64,000 bases of DNA from Nitrospirota bacterium (GCA_963737155.1 CAVTRN010000002.1:2720001-2784000), one strand, 5' to 3'. Positions 49,052-59,503 are shown, counted from the first letter of the stretch. Notes: a model not told the origin generated them from the sequence alone. Program-made: numbers and translations.

Positions 49052-50776
49052 CTACGCCCGCTGCGTATTTGCGTTAGAAGCGCTACCTCGCTCCACCATT
49101 TCCTCGGCATGCTTGATCGTCGCTTCCGTAATCGTCTTTCCACCGAGCATGCGGGCAATTTCGTCAACCCGCTCTTTCTCATCGAGCAAACGAACCTCAG
49201 TGCTCGTCCGGTCTTTTTTCACTGATTTGGACACCCCGTAGTGGCTGTCGGCCATACTTGCGATCTGAGGCAAGTGGGTAATGCAAAATACCTGACGCTT
49301 CGCTGCAATGCGCTTAAGTTTTTTTCCTACCTCCTCCGCAACCGCGCCGCCGATGCCCGCGTCAACTTCATCAAATACGACAGTGGGGATTCTGTCTCCC
49401 TCGAACAGAATGGACTTGAGCGCCAGCATAATGCGCGAAAGCTCACCGCCCGAAGCTATCCTCGCGAGCGATTTCGGTTCTTCGCCGGGATTCGGGGAGA
49501 TGAGAAATTCCACGCGATCCGCGCCGCGGAGTCCAATTTTGTGGCCATCCAGCGTATCACCCCCGGGTTCCTGAGTAATCTTCAGGGTGAAGGTCGCCTT
49601 CTTCATTCCGAGGTGCGCCAATTCGGCCCCCACTTTCTTTTCAAGGTCTTTCGCCGCCGCTTCCCGCTTTCTAGTGAGTTCGCTCGCTTTGTCGGTCAGC
49701 CCAAATTTGATCGCCTGAATCTCCGATTTCAGACGTTCGATCTCGTCGGTGCTCTGCTCCATGCGATCGAGTTCAGCTCCGGCCTTGGCGCCAAACTCCA
49801 GGATTTCTTCAATCGTGTTCCCGTATTTTTTCTTTAACTTATGGATCAGGTCGAGGCGATCGCCGACCCGCTCGATGCGATCGGGGTCAAACTCCACACC
49901 ACTGCTGTAGGAGGACAGCTCACGCGCAGCCTCTTCGAGCTGAGCGCAGGCTGATTCGCAGAGGTCAACTGTGCCAACAAGTTTGTCATCGATTTCAATG
50001 ATGCCTTTTAGATCATTGATAGATTTTCTTAGCATCGAAATCACCGAATCATCCGATGAATAAAGTGCCTCATCCGCCATTGAACAGAGTGCCGCCAGTC
50101 TTTCGGAATTGGCCAGGACTTTCAGCGTATTCGTGAGTTCCAAGTCCTCGCCCGGTTTGAGCAGGGCGGCTTCGATCTCGTTTTTCTGAAACACGAGGAT
50201 ATCCTCGCGCTGTGCCCGGTCACGCTCACCCGTTTCGAGCTGAGCCAGTTCCCTTCGCACATCCATCAGACGAGCATAGACAGCCGCCACCTCTTCCCGC
50301 AGGCTGTCAAGACAGCCGATGGAATCAAGCATCTCCATCTGATGATCAATTGACAGCAGCGACTGATGCTCATGCTGTCCGTGGATGTCCGCGAGGACTG
50401 CACCCAGCGCTGCAAGCGCGGTAAGGTTTGCGAGGCTTCCGTTAATATAAACTTTGTTCTTGCCTGATGAGGAAAGAACCCTTCGTATGATAAGATCTTC
50501 ATTGGTCTGCAATTCAATCCCTTGGTTGGCGAGCAATGCAGATACATCCGTCATACTACGGCTGTCAAGCTCGAAGTCGGCCTCCACAACCGCCTCCTGA
50601 CAACCGGTCCGGATGAGGTCCGCGTTCGCACGCTCGCCTAGAGCAAGGTTAAGCGCATCGACAACAATGGACTTGCCTGCACCGGTCTCGCCGGTAAATG
50701 CATTCAACCCATGCGTGAATTCGACGCGAAGCTGATCGATGATGGCAAAGTTTTTAATGTTTAATTCTTTTAACAT
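49052..50776 (-). CDS. recN: DNA repair protein RecN
   Basis: TGETGAGKS, HGQHEHQ, ASGGELSR, FDEVDAG, ITHLPQ. Confidence 0.97.
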   Translation of the reverse strand: MLKELNIKNFAIIDQLRVEFTHGLNAFTGETGAGKSIVVDALNLALGERANADLIRTGCQEAVVEADFELDSRSMTDVSALLANQGIELQTNEDLIIRRVLSSSGKNKVYINGSLANLTALAALGAVLADIHGQHEHQSLLSIDHQMEMLDSIGCLDSLREEVAAVYARLMDVRRELAQLETGERDRAQREDILVFQKNEIEAALLKPGEDLELTNTLKVLANSERLAALCSMADEALYSSDDSVISMLRKSINDLKGIIEIDDKLVGTVDLCESACAQLEEAARELSSYSSGVEFDPDRIERVGDRLDLIHKLKKKYGNTIEEILEFGAKAGAELDRMEQSTDEIERLKSEIQAIKFGLTDKASELTRKREAAAKDLEKKVGAELAHLGMKKATFTLKITQEPGGDTLDGHKIGLRGADRVEFLISPNPGEEPKSLARIASGGELSRIMLALKSILFEGDRIPTVVFDEVDAGIGGAVAEEVGKKLKRIAAKRQVFCITHLPQIASMADSHYGVSKSVKKDRTSTEVRLLDEKERVDEIARMLGGKTITEATIKHAEEMVERGSASNANTQRA

Positions 50777-50799
50777 AAATTAAAGTTTAGTCATTCTTT

Positions 50800-51363
50800 C
50801 TACTTGCCGTTTCTCACCTCATCCGCCTTCCTGAGCGCGAACTCTTCCTGAGAGGATTTCCCTTTCCCACCAGCCCTGCGATAATACTCTTCCGCCAGTT
50901 TTTTCTTTCCCATTCGCTCCCCCGCTCTCCCTGCCCAATAGTATGCCGTACTAACCCACATCCCTGAGAAGGGATAAAGTTCGGGTATTTTCAGAAATTC
51001 GGTTATTGCATCCTGATCATTTCCGAGAAGAAAGGTGCAGAACCCAACCCAGTACTGGGTTGGCGGACGGTGAGAGAGCCTCTGTTGTTGCAGAGCACTA
51101 CGATAGGCATTGCGCGCATTGCTGTAATCTTGAAGCCGAAAATAGCAGTCCCCGATCCGTGATTGAATTTCGCCTGCGACAACCTTGTCCGTCATATTCG
51201 CGAGGGCATCCTGATAGGAATGAAGCGCTTCACTGTATTTTCCCGCGGCAAACATGCTTTCCGCTTTGATGTAAGCCGGAGGTCGGGACTGGCCAGCACA
51301 TACATTGGACTGGACAATTGATGCAAACAGGATAAGAAAAACCCAGAATAACTTCCTATTCAT
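50800..51363 (-). CDS. Secreted tetratricopeptide repeat protein
   Basis: Signal peptide; TPR helices (IGDCYFRLQDYSNA, YWVGFCTF, YYWAGRAGE). Confidence 0.8.
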   Translation of the reverse strand: MNRKLFWVFLILFASIVQSNVCAGQSRPPAYIKAESMFAAGKYSEALHSYQDALANMTDKVVAGEIQSRIGDCYFRLQDYSNARNAYRSALQQQRLSHRPPTQYWVGFCTFLLGNDQDAITEFLKIPELYPFSGMWVSTAYYWAGRAGERMGKKKLAEEYYRRAGGKGKSSQEEFALRKADEVRNGK

Positions 51364-51787
51364 AATTCCCCCATCGAGTAACTGTGTCAAATTTAACACA
51401 AAGCATATGCCTGTACAAGAATAAAATCTTCAGATATCTTAAGCTCAACCTGGCATATCGGGAATCTGCGTTGAAGTTGACAGCAACATCTAGAATAACC
51501 GACTTTAAAGATAAAAAAATATAAATATTGCAGATGCAATATAAGGTTACGTACAAAATTGTTTTTTCGCATTCGACAAATCTCTACGTATTTTTTTAAC
51601 CCTGTGTCGGGTAATATTATTTATTTTTATCATATTTTTCATAAAAACAATATGTTACGTATTTGACACAACTTTACACATTAAAAAAGATTGGGCATGG
51701 ATACTGTCGTTCCTCATTTCTCCGGCATTGGAGTTAACGCTCTCCTTCTCTTGGCGGGCTATTGCACAGCATCAGCCACCCCGCCCG

Positions 51788-52043
51788 AGAAAGAACCAAA
51801 TACACTTAACCGGCATAAAAAAATGATACCTCTAAATGCTCATCTGCCTTATCGCAGGAATCTTCGTACTAGGTAGCTCTCTCATGGGATTCTATGAGCA
51901 CCTTGACTGGTTCATTATCATGGCTTTTGTGGCGCGCAATGCTCACGATTATTGGCTTGACAGGCTTCTGCCCTGTGAGTATTATACTTCACGTTTTGGG
52001 TATGCGAGAGCGTTGTCATGCTGACGCAAACATATTAAGGTAA
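51788..52043 (+). pseudogene. DUF2892 (YgaP-like) membrane protein pseudogene
   Basis: KK*YL*MLICLIAGIFVLGS..WFIIMAFV, frameshift, then AMLTIIGLTGFCPVSIILHVLG; two stops and one frameshift. Confidence 0.6.
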
Positions 52044-52066
52044 TCGTTAGGGAAAGGAGTTGTTTC

Positions 52067-52261
52067 ATGCCATTTTACGAGTACATGTGCGAAACCTGCG
52101 GTAAAGACTTCGTTCTGCTGCAATCCATGAATACGAAAGCAGAAGATACGGTCTGTCCTTATTGCAACGAAAAAAGATCCAAAAAGCTTGTCTCCCATTT
52201 TTCCTCTAGCAGCAGCGGTTCAGTCTGTAGCGTAGGCAATCATTCTTGGGGAGGCGGTTGA
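52067..52261 (+). CDS. FmdB-family zinc-ribbon protein (possible Sec read-through to 52270)
   Basis: MPFYEYMCETCG...CPYCN; AGGAG RBS; ends GGG-TGA-GGT-TCC-TAA. Confidence 0.88.
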   Translation: MPFYEYMCETCGKDFVLLQSMNTKAEDTVCPYCNEKRSKKLVSHFSSSSSGSVCSVGNHSWGGG

Positions 52262-52304
52262 GGTTCCTAAAAACGATTCGCCGTGCGCGAGTCAAAAAAG
52301 CAAC

Positions 52305-52337
52305 AGCCTGAGAATGTGATGATTCTCAGGCTTTTTT
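52305..52337 (+). terminator. Rho-independent terminator
   Basis: AGCCTGAGAAT/ATTCTCAGGCT 11-bp stem plus T-run. Confidence 0.8.
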
Positions 52338-52435
52338 GTGACAAAGATGTTTAACTACAGAAAGCACAATGGAATGTCAGTAATCACAACATGACCTATT
52401 TCCCCGTACTGGGTCGGTTCTGATTCATTACTTGA

Positions 52436-53347
52436 ATGGCATCGGTATCCCTTAAAACATTCCGCAACCCCCGGTACTGGTATGCCTGGCCGGCTCTGGC
52501 GTTCATGCTCATCATGAGCAGGATGCCAGACCGCGTTCTCTGGTTTATCGGCAATATCGCGGGTGAAATCGCATCCTGGTTCCCCACTCCCAATCGCCAT
52601 TTCGCAGAGCGAAACGTTAAGCTTTGCTTTCCGGACAAAAGGGAAGCGGAGCGCCGACGCATTGTGAAGCGTCATTTTCGTCTGAGCGGATATGCCACTC
52701 TCAGTCTGAGCGTCACTTGGTTTGCCCCCCGATGGAGGGTTGAACGATTCATTACCATCCGCGATCATCACAACATAACTGAAGCATATGCGGGTGGCAA
52801 GAACGTCATCTTGCTGGCGCCGCACTTCATCGGTTTGGATATGGGTGGAATGCGATTGTCCGCGGAACGTAAGTACGTAAGCATGTACCGCAAGGCCCGG
52901 GACCCTCTCCTGGAGTACCTCTTCCTGCAACGCAACCGATTCGGCGCCATTGTGGTAGAACGCATGGCAAATCTAAAACCGATTCTCCGTCTTATCCGCG
53001 AGGGAAGGACGTTCTACTATCTTCCCGACCAGGACATGGGCGAACGCGCCAGCGTTTTCGTTCCATTCTTTGGCATCCCGGCCGCTACGGTCACGACCCT
53101 GAGTCGCATCGCCGAAATGACAAACGCAGCGGTAATCCCCTGCATTACCCACATCCTGCCCAAAGGCGGATACGAAGTCCGCCTGTACCCGCCGCTGGAG
53201 AATTTTCCAACCACTGATCCAACTGCCGATGCTGCGCGCATGAACAGAGAAATCGAACAATGGGTCCGTGAAATGCCGGAACAGTATATGTGGTCCTACC
53301 GTAGGTTCAAGACGAGGCCAAATCGCGAACCCTCACTATATGAATAA
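52436..53347 (+). CDS. lpxL: Lipid A late acyltransferase (LpxL/HtrB family)
   Basis: APHFIGLD, YYLPDQD, FVPFFG, PEQYMWSYRRFKTRP. Confidence 0.88.
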   Translation: MASVSLKTFRNPRYWYAWPALAFMLIMSRMPDRVLWFIGNIAGEIASWFPTPNRHFAERNVKLCFPDKREAERRRIVKRHFRLSGYATLSLSVTWFAPRWRVERFITIRDHHNITEAYAGGKNVILLAPHFIGLDMGGMRLSAERKYVSMYRKARDPLLEYLFLQRNRFGAIVVERMANLKPILRLIREGRTFYYLPDQDMGERASVFVPFFGIPAATVTTLSRIAEMTNAAVIPCITHILPKGGYEVRLYPPLENFPTTDPTADAARMNREIEQWVREMPEQYMWSYRRFKTRPNREPSLYE

Positions 53348-54050
53348 GTGGAAATATATAGATTCCGGCCTGAATTGCGCCGCCCACAACATGGCCGTTG
53401 ACGAGGAATTGCTCGCGCGGGCGCAGGCAGGCGAAACTGCCCCCGTGCTCCGATTCTACTCTTGGGACCCGCCCGCGATTTCCCTCGGCAAGTTCCAAAA
53501 GATCGAGACATCAGTCGATGTCGTAGCCTGCAAACGCCTCGGTTTCGATATCGTGAAACGGATAACAGGCGGAAGGGCTGTGCTGCATCTTCATGAACTC
53601 ACCTACAGCATCGTTGCGCCTCTCGATAATTTCCTATTTCCACCGACCGTACTTGGAACATATAAAGTAATTGCTGACGGCCTCCTTGCAGGCTTGCGCA
53701 ACCTCGGTATTCCGGCGGAAATGGTTTCCCGTAGCGGGCGCAATGCCGCACTGGTGAAGGAAAGCACAACGGCCCCTTCCTGTTTCTCCTCCCCTTCCTG
53801 GTATGAGATCGTGGTCAACGGGAAAAAGATCGTCGGTAGCGCCCAGCGCAGGATGTCGCGTGCTTTCCTGCAGCATGGATCGGTTTTGATCGCTTATGAT
53901 CCTGCGCTTGAGGCGCAAGCTATTCCCGGTGGCGGAACGAGTGCACGCATCACCAGCATTCAAAACGAGATGGGAAGTCCGATATCCCACGAGGAAGTCA
54001 AGCTGGCCTTTAGACTCGGTTTTCAATCAGCCTTTGGCATCCTTTTCTAA
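53340..54050 (+). CDS. Lipoate-protein ligase family (LplA/LipM-like)
   Basis: NMAVDEELL, RFYSW, RITGGRAVLH, KKIVGSAQ, LQHGS. Confidence 0.9.
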   Translation: MNKWKYIDSGLNCAAHNMAVDEELLARAQAGETAPVLRFYSWDPPAISLGKFQKIETSVDVVACKRLGFDIVKRITGGRAVLHLHELTYSIVAPLDNFLFPPTVLGTYKVIADGLLAGLRNLGIPAEMVSRSGRNAALVKESTTAPSCFSSPSWYEIVVNGKKIVGSAQRRMSRAFLQHGSVLIAYDPALEAQAIPGGGTSARITSIQNEMGSPISHEEVKLAFRLGFQSAFGILF

Positions 54051-54111
54051 TCTCGGCTCATCCATTTCCGGCCCTTATGCTTTTTGTAACTGCCCCCTTT
54101 CATACTAAATC

Positions 54112-54140
54112 TTGACCCGATGACCTGATAAGAGTAAACT
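54112..54140 (+). promoter_or_regulatory. Sigma70-type promoter
   Basis: TTGACC-N17-TAAACT. Confidence 0.4.
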
Positions 54141-54247
54141 TGTTGCATATTCAGGGAGCACATCAATTTTTTAATTCCTTTAAGGTTGGCTTACCCTTTT
54201 GAGAATCTCAAACACAGTTTATAAAATTTCGATAGACAGGTGACCAA

Positions 54248-54463
54248 ATGTCGCTCAAAAAAAGTAGGGGAAAACGCATCCGTTCCAAGAAGATAAAAAC
54301 TCCCCCTTTTTGCAATACTATTTCCGCAATGCAGCCTTCCACCGGGATATATGCCACGGCGGCAGTGAACAGACACCTCGATAACCAGCTTTTTATCGTA
54401 GCCATCGGTGGGCCCGCGGACGGGCTTAAGGCGTTCCAATTGTTCTTCCATGCTGAACGCTGA
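54248..54463 (+). pseudogene. Truncated N-terminus of a CheB(-CheR)-type protein
   Basis: LFIVAIGGPADGLKAFQLFF resembles the CheB methylesterase start F.IV.IGASAGGLEAF..FF; stops soon after. Confidence 0.5.
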
Positions 54464-54471
54464 TCTTACAC

Positions 54472-57400
54472 ATGGATAAACCCCTTCACATACTCATAAT
54501 CGAGGATTCGGAAGACGATGCATTGCTGATCCTCCGGGAATTGCGTCGCGGCGGCTACAATCCCGTGTCGGAACGCGTCGATACAGCTGATGCCATGAAA
54601 GCGGCCCTTCAGCGAGTTGATTGGGACCTCATTGTTTCGGACTACCTCATGCCGCATTTCAGCGGCCTAGCTGCCCTGAATATTTTGACGGAAAGCGAAA
54701 TTGATATCCCCTTTATCATCGTTTCCGGCAATATCGGCGAGGACATCGCCGTTAATGCGATGAGGGCCGGAGCCCACGATTATATTATCAAAGGAAACAT
54801 AGCCAGATTTCTTCCCGCCGTTGCCCGGGAAATGCGCGATGCGGAAACGCGCCGCGCGCGCAAAGAGACGGAAGAGCAACTCATAGAGTCGCGGCAAAGG
54901 TTCTTTGAAACACTGGAAACCATCAATGAAGGTTTCTTCACCCTGGACCGTGAATGGCGGTTTTCTTATGTGAACGCCGAGGCGGCAAGGCTCTGGAAAA
55001 AAAGGCGCGAGGAACTGCTCGGTAGAAACTTCTGGGATGTGGAACCTGCGGCAATCGGTACCCGATTTGACGAACAATACCACCGGGCCATCAGGGAACA
55101 AGTTCCGGTCATGTTCGAAGCGGTGTCTCCCCTGCTGGACTTCTGGGTCGAGGTGCGAGCTTATCCGAATGCAGACGGTCTCGCCGTCTATTTCCATGAC
55201 ATCTCCGAGCGGAAAGAAACCGAAAGCCGCATCAAGGTGACTAATGACTTGCTCACGCTTTATGCGCGAAACCTGAATCGTAAGGAATACCTTGACGCGG
55301 CCATCGAATTGATCCATGCTTGGAGCGGCTGCAGCCATGTCGGCGTGAGAGTCACCGACATATCCGGCAAGTTTCCCTTCGAGTCGTGCAGGGGCTACTC
55401 CGCCGCCTTTCTCGAAAACGAGGGAACGCTCTCGCTGTCTGCGGACAGCTGTATCTGCACGCGGGTATCCCTCGGGGCCACGGAATATCAGGACGTCCGG
55501 GCCATGACACCCCGTGGATCTTTCTATTCGAATAATACATTAAAGTTCATGATGGACCTTACCGCCGAAGAACGGATGAGGTACCGGGGGCACTGCATGC
55601 GAAACGAGTACACATCGCTTGCCGTCATACCTATCCAGCACCGCAACAGCGTGGTCGGAGCCATCCATCTTGCCGATGAGCGACCCGATATGGTCCGCCT
55701 TGCGAAGGTTGAATTCCTGGAGCACCTTGCTCATATCATCGGCGAGGCGATCCTGCGGTTCAACATCGAAGAAGAGCTCCGGGCCAACTACACAACCCTC
55801 CACAAGACTACCGAGCTACTGGAACGTATTTTTTCCACGACCCACATGCTCGTCGCCTACCTGGATAAGGACTTTAATTTCGTCCGTGTGAACCGCGCAT
55901 ATGCTGATGCAGAAAACCACGAACCAGAGTATTATGTTGGAAAAAATTTCCTCGCGCTCCGCCCTGGCAAAGAGATTGAGGAAATTTTCCGCAAAATAGT
56001 GGTTTCCGGGGAACCGTACCAAGCCTTTGAGCGTTCATTCGACCATAAGGAACAGACCGATGAAGAAACCAGATTCTGGGACTGGAGCCTACTGCCGGTC
56101 AAGGAAGCGGACGGCTCTTTAAGCGGACTGATTCTTACGCTCGTCGACGTCACCCAGCGCAAGAAAGCTGAGGACAGTCTGAAGCGGGCTGGCGCCTACA
56201 ACCGAAGCCTGATCGAAGCTAGCCTCGATCCCTTAGTCACCATCGATCCGGACGGGAAAATCACCGACGTCAATGCGGCCACCGAAGCGATGACAGGACT
56301 GACGCGAGAAAAACTCATCGGAACCGACTTTTCCGCATATTTTTCGGAACCCGAAAAAGCGCGGTCGGGATTTCTACAGGCCTTCCAGAATGGCTCCGTC
56401 AGGGACTATGCCCTCGATATCCGGAACGAAAAGGGGCGCCTAACTCCAGTTCTCTACAATGCATCTCTCTATCGCGACGAAACCGGGAAAATAGGAGGTC
56501 TTTTCGCGGCTGCACGTGACGTCACAGAACTCAGGGAAAACGAACGAAGAACCACGGTCATCAACAGCCTATTGAAACTATTCGCCCAGACCTCTTCCCG
56601 AAAGGAGTACCTCAAGGAGGCCTTAGCGATCATCCGCGCGTGGAGCGGTTGCCTTTATGCGGGCATGCGGGAAACGGATCGGGAGAGAAACATCCCGTAT
56701 ACGGTGCACTCTGGTTTTGATGAGCGGTTCATCGAAACTGAGAATCTGCTCTCACTCGACCGCGACCATTGCGTGTGCACGCGAGTTGTAACAGGCGCGC
56801 CTTACCCGCTGGACAGCTCCGCCATGACCAAAAATGGGTCATTCTACTACAACAACTCCGTGGAATACGTAAACAGCCTCCCGCCTGAACAGCGGAAAAT
56901 GTACCGCGGCCTTTGTCAGCAAAGAGGCTTCCTGTCCATTGCCGTGGTCCCCATCCGGTACCGTGATGCGATCTTGGGGGCGCTCCATATCGCCGACGAA
57001 CGGGAGGGAATGGTCCCCGAGCAATCGGTCGAATTTCTTGAGCGGATCGCTCTTATCATTGGGGAGGCGCTTTACCGTTTCGGCATCGAGGAGGAGCAGG
57101 TGCGCCTCGCATCGGCGCTGCAATCCTCGGCAGATGCCGTCGTCATAACCGAGCCCCAGTCGGGCGCGATCCAGTACGTGAACCATGCATTCGAAGTCAT
57201 AACAGGATACACTAAAAATGAGACGCTGGGCCGGACGCTTCATTTCCTTGAAAGCGACAGGAACAGCGAGGAGCACTACCGCAAACTTCGCGAGGCGCTG
57301 CGTCGGGACGGTGTATGGCGCGGACAGCTCGTGAACAAGAGAAAGGATGGATCGCTTTATTTTGAAGACTGCACGTTTTCCCCAGTCAGGGACTCTTCAG

Positions 57401-58158
57401 GACAGATCATCAATTTCGTATCGGTGAGGCGCGACGTGACGGAAAAGCTCCGGCTCGAGGCGATCGCCGAGTCGGTGAACACGATGGATAACATCGGTTA
57501 CGTGTTTTCAGGAGTGCGTCACGAGATCGGGAACCCGATTAACTCCGCGAAAATGAGCCTCAACGTCCTGCAGCGCAAACTGGATACCGCCTCGAAAGAG
57601 GTTATCAAGGACTATGTTGAGCGGGCACTCAGCGAGATCGGGCGGGTGGAACAACTGCTGAAGAACCTGCGAAATTACAATCTCTATGAGACTCCGGACT
57701 TGCAGAACATGGACCTGAACGCCTTCATTCAGAAATTTTTCCAGCTTGTTAACGAAGATTTTGCGCAAAAAGGCATTGTCTTGAGGCACGAAGTCCATAG
57801 GGATGCTGAATGGGTAGTTGCGGACCCGCGAGCGCTGCAACAGGTGCTCCTTAATCTTTTTACGAACGCCGCCGATGCGCTCACGGGCAGGCCTTCGCCC
57901 GAAATCGTGGTTACCATCTTGAATAAATTCGGCCAAGTCCTTCTTCAGATTGCGGACAACGGCAGCGGCATCACTGAGAAACAGCAGCAGTCCTTGTTCA
58001 AACCATTCTATACATCGAAGCCCCACGGCACTGGCCTCGGGCTCGTAATTGTGAGGAAAATGGTGGTGCGAATGCACGGCAAAATCGAGCTTTCAAGCAC
58101 CCCGGGCCAGGGGACAATGGTTAACATCTATTTGCCGGAGGGACACGATGCGGCCTAG
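54472..58158 (+). CDS. Cytoplasmic hybrid sensor kinase REC-PAS-GAF-PAS-PAS-GAF-PAS-HisKA-HATPase
   Basis: LIIEDSEDD..SDYLMP receiver; PAS motifs (YVN, VN.A); duplicated GAF; RHEIGNP, NAADA, DNGSGI, GTGLGL. Confidence 0.93.
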   Translation: MDKPLHILIIEDSEDDALLILRELRRGGYNPVSERVDTADAMKAALQRVDWDLIVSDYLMPHFSGLAALNILTESEIDIPFIIVSGNIGEDIAVNAMRAGAHDYIIKGNIARFLPAVAREMRDAETRRARKETEEQLIESRQRFFETLETINEGFFTLDREWRFSYVNAEAARLWKKRREELLGRNFWDVEPAAIGTRFDEQYHRAIREQVPVMFEAVSPLLDFWVEVRAYPNADGLAVYFHDISERKETESRIKVTNDLLTLYARNLNRKEYLDAAIELIHAWSGCSHVGVRVTDISGKFPFESCRGYSAAFLENEGTLSLSADSCICTRVSLGATEYQDVRAMTPRGSFYSNNTLKFMMDLTAEERMRYRGHCMRNEYTSLAVIPIQHRNSVVGAIHLADERPDMVRLAKVEFLEHLAHIIGEAILRFNIEEELRANYTTLHKTTELLERIFSTTHMLVAYLDKDFNFVRVNRAYADAENHEPEYYVGKNFLALRPGKEIEEIFRKIVVSGEPYQAFERSFDHKEQTDEETRFWDWSLLPVKEADGSLSGLILTLVDVTQRKKAEDSLKRAGAYNRSLIEASLDPLVTIDPDGKITDVNAATEAMTGLTREKLIGTDFSAYFSEPEKARSGFLQAFQNGSVRDYALDIRNEKGRLTPVLYNASLYRDETGKIGGLFAAARDVTELRENERRTTVINSLLKLFAQTSSRKEYLKEALAIIRAWSGCLYAGMRETDRERNIPYTVHSGFDERFIETENLLSLDRDHCVCTRVVTGAPYPLDSSAMTKNGSFYYNNSVEYVNSLPPEQRKMYRGLCQQRGFLSIAVVPIRYRDAILGALHIADEREGMVPEQSVEFLERIALIIGEALYRFGIEEEQVRLASALQSSADAVVITEPQSGAIQYVNHAFEVITGYTKNETLGRTLHFLESDRNSEEHYRKLREALRRDGVWRGQLVNKRKDGSLYFEDCTFSPVRDSSGQIINFVSVRRDVTEKLRLEAIAESVNTMDNIGYVFSGVRHEIGNPINSAKMSLNVLQRKLDTASKEVIKDYVERALSEIGRVEQLLKNLRNYNLYETPDLQNMDLNAFIQKFFQLVNEDFAQKGIVLRHEVHRDAEWVVADPRALQQVLLNLFTNAADALTGRPSPEIVVTILNKFGQVLLQIADNGSGITEKQQQSLFKPFYTSKPHGTGLGLVIVRKMVVRMHGKIELSSTPGQGTMVNIYLPEGHDAA

Positions 58159-59503
58159 CAGCAGAAAAACACTCCTTATCATCGACGACGAGAAAGTATT
58201 CAGCAACACCGTCCGCGACTACCTCGAGAACGAACGGCTTGAAGTAATCGTGGCTCATACGGGCGCCGAGGGGCTTGCGGCTTGCTCTTCCCGGAAGGTG
58301 GACGTTGTGCTCCTTGACCAAAAACTGCCGGACGGCGAAGGCCACGCTTTGGCGCCGGCCATTCTCGAAAAGAACGACCAGACCAAAATTATCTTTATCA
58401 CTGCCTTCCCCAGCTTCGAGAACGCCGTGACGGCCGTTCGTCTCGGGGCCCATGATTATCTGTCCAAGCCATTCGATATCGAGGAACTTAGGCTCACTAT
58501 TGAAAACACCCTTCGCACGCTGGATCTCGAGCGGGTTGAACAGATACAGAACTATGCCCGCGACAAGGAGCGCGAAGCCTCGGTCATTGTCGGGAGCAGC
58601 GATGCCTTCGGCGAAGTGGTGCGTCTTGTGGACATGGCAGCGGCCATGGACGGTGCGGTTCTGATCACCGGTGAGACCGGCACGGGCAAAAACCTAGTTG
58701 CTAAAACTATCCACTACAAGAGCGCATTCGCCCGATCGGCCTTCATCAGCATCAACTGCGCGGCCTTGCCAGACAACCTGATAGAAGCAGAACTCTTCGG
58801 CTACGAGAAAGGGGCCTTTACGGGAGCGACAGGCACAAAAAAAGGGCTCTTTGAAATCGCTGACGGCGGGACAGTGTTCCTCGATGAAATCGGCGACATG
58901 CCTCTCCATCTACAATCAAAACTCCTGAGCGTACTCGAGGACAAAATGGTTCGCCGCATTGGCAGTACCACGGTTACCCCTGTAAGCATCCGCATCATAG
59001 CCGCGACGAATGCCGAACTGGAAAGCGTCCTTGGCAAAACCTTCCGCAAGGACCTCTACTTTCGTCTCAGTGTGGTCCGTATTCATGTTCCTCCACTGCG
59101 GGAACATAAGGCGGACATTCAAGCGCTCTGCTCCTATCTCCTCGCCCACATCGCCGGGGGACGGGCCATCGAACTGCCGGCCGCCGAAATCAACAAACTC
59201 AAGGAGTACGATTGGCCAGGGAACGTACGTGAACTCAGGAATGTTCTGGAACGGGCGCTGTTCCTGCGAAAAGGCTCCATTATCACACCATCCCAGTTGA
59301 TCCAAAGATCAACCGCTGTGCCGCAATCCATGGCACAGAATCAGCCTTCGTCCGGGGAAATCAAAACACTCGCCCAAGCGGAGCGAGAACTCATCCAAAA
59401 CGCGCTCTTATTGCTGAATGGCAATCTTACCCAGAGCGCCAAAGCCCTCGGAATATCCCTGTCCACGCTTAAAAGAAAGTCAAAAGAATACGGCCTAAAA
59501 TGA
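58148..59503 (+). CDS. Sigma54-dependent response regulator (NtrC family)
   Basis: REC; GETGTGKN, GAFTGA, DEIGDM, WPGNVREL; Fis-type HTH. Confidence 0.95.
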   Translation: MRPSSRKTLLIIDDEKVFSNTVRDYLENERLEVIVAHTGAEGLAACSSRKVDVVLLDQKLPDGEGHALAPAILEKNDQTKIIFITAFPSFENAVTAVRLGAHDYLSKPFDIEELRLTIENTLRTLDLERVEQIQNYARDKEREASVIVGSSDAFGEVVRLVDMAAAMDGAVLITGETGTGKNLVAKTIHYKSAFARSAFISINCAALPDNLIEAELFGYEKGAFTGATGTKKGLFEIADGGTVFLDEIGDMPLHLQSKLLSVLEDKMVRRIGSTTVTPVSIRIIAATNAELESVLGKTFRKDLYFRLSVVRIHVPPLREHKADIQALCSYLLAHIAGGRAIELPAAEINKLKEYDWPGNVRELRNVLERALFLRKGSIITPSQLIQRSTAVPQSMAQNQPSSGEIKTLAQAERELIQNALLLLNGNLTQSAKALGISLSTLKRKSKEYGLK

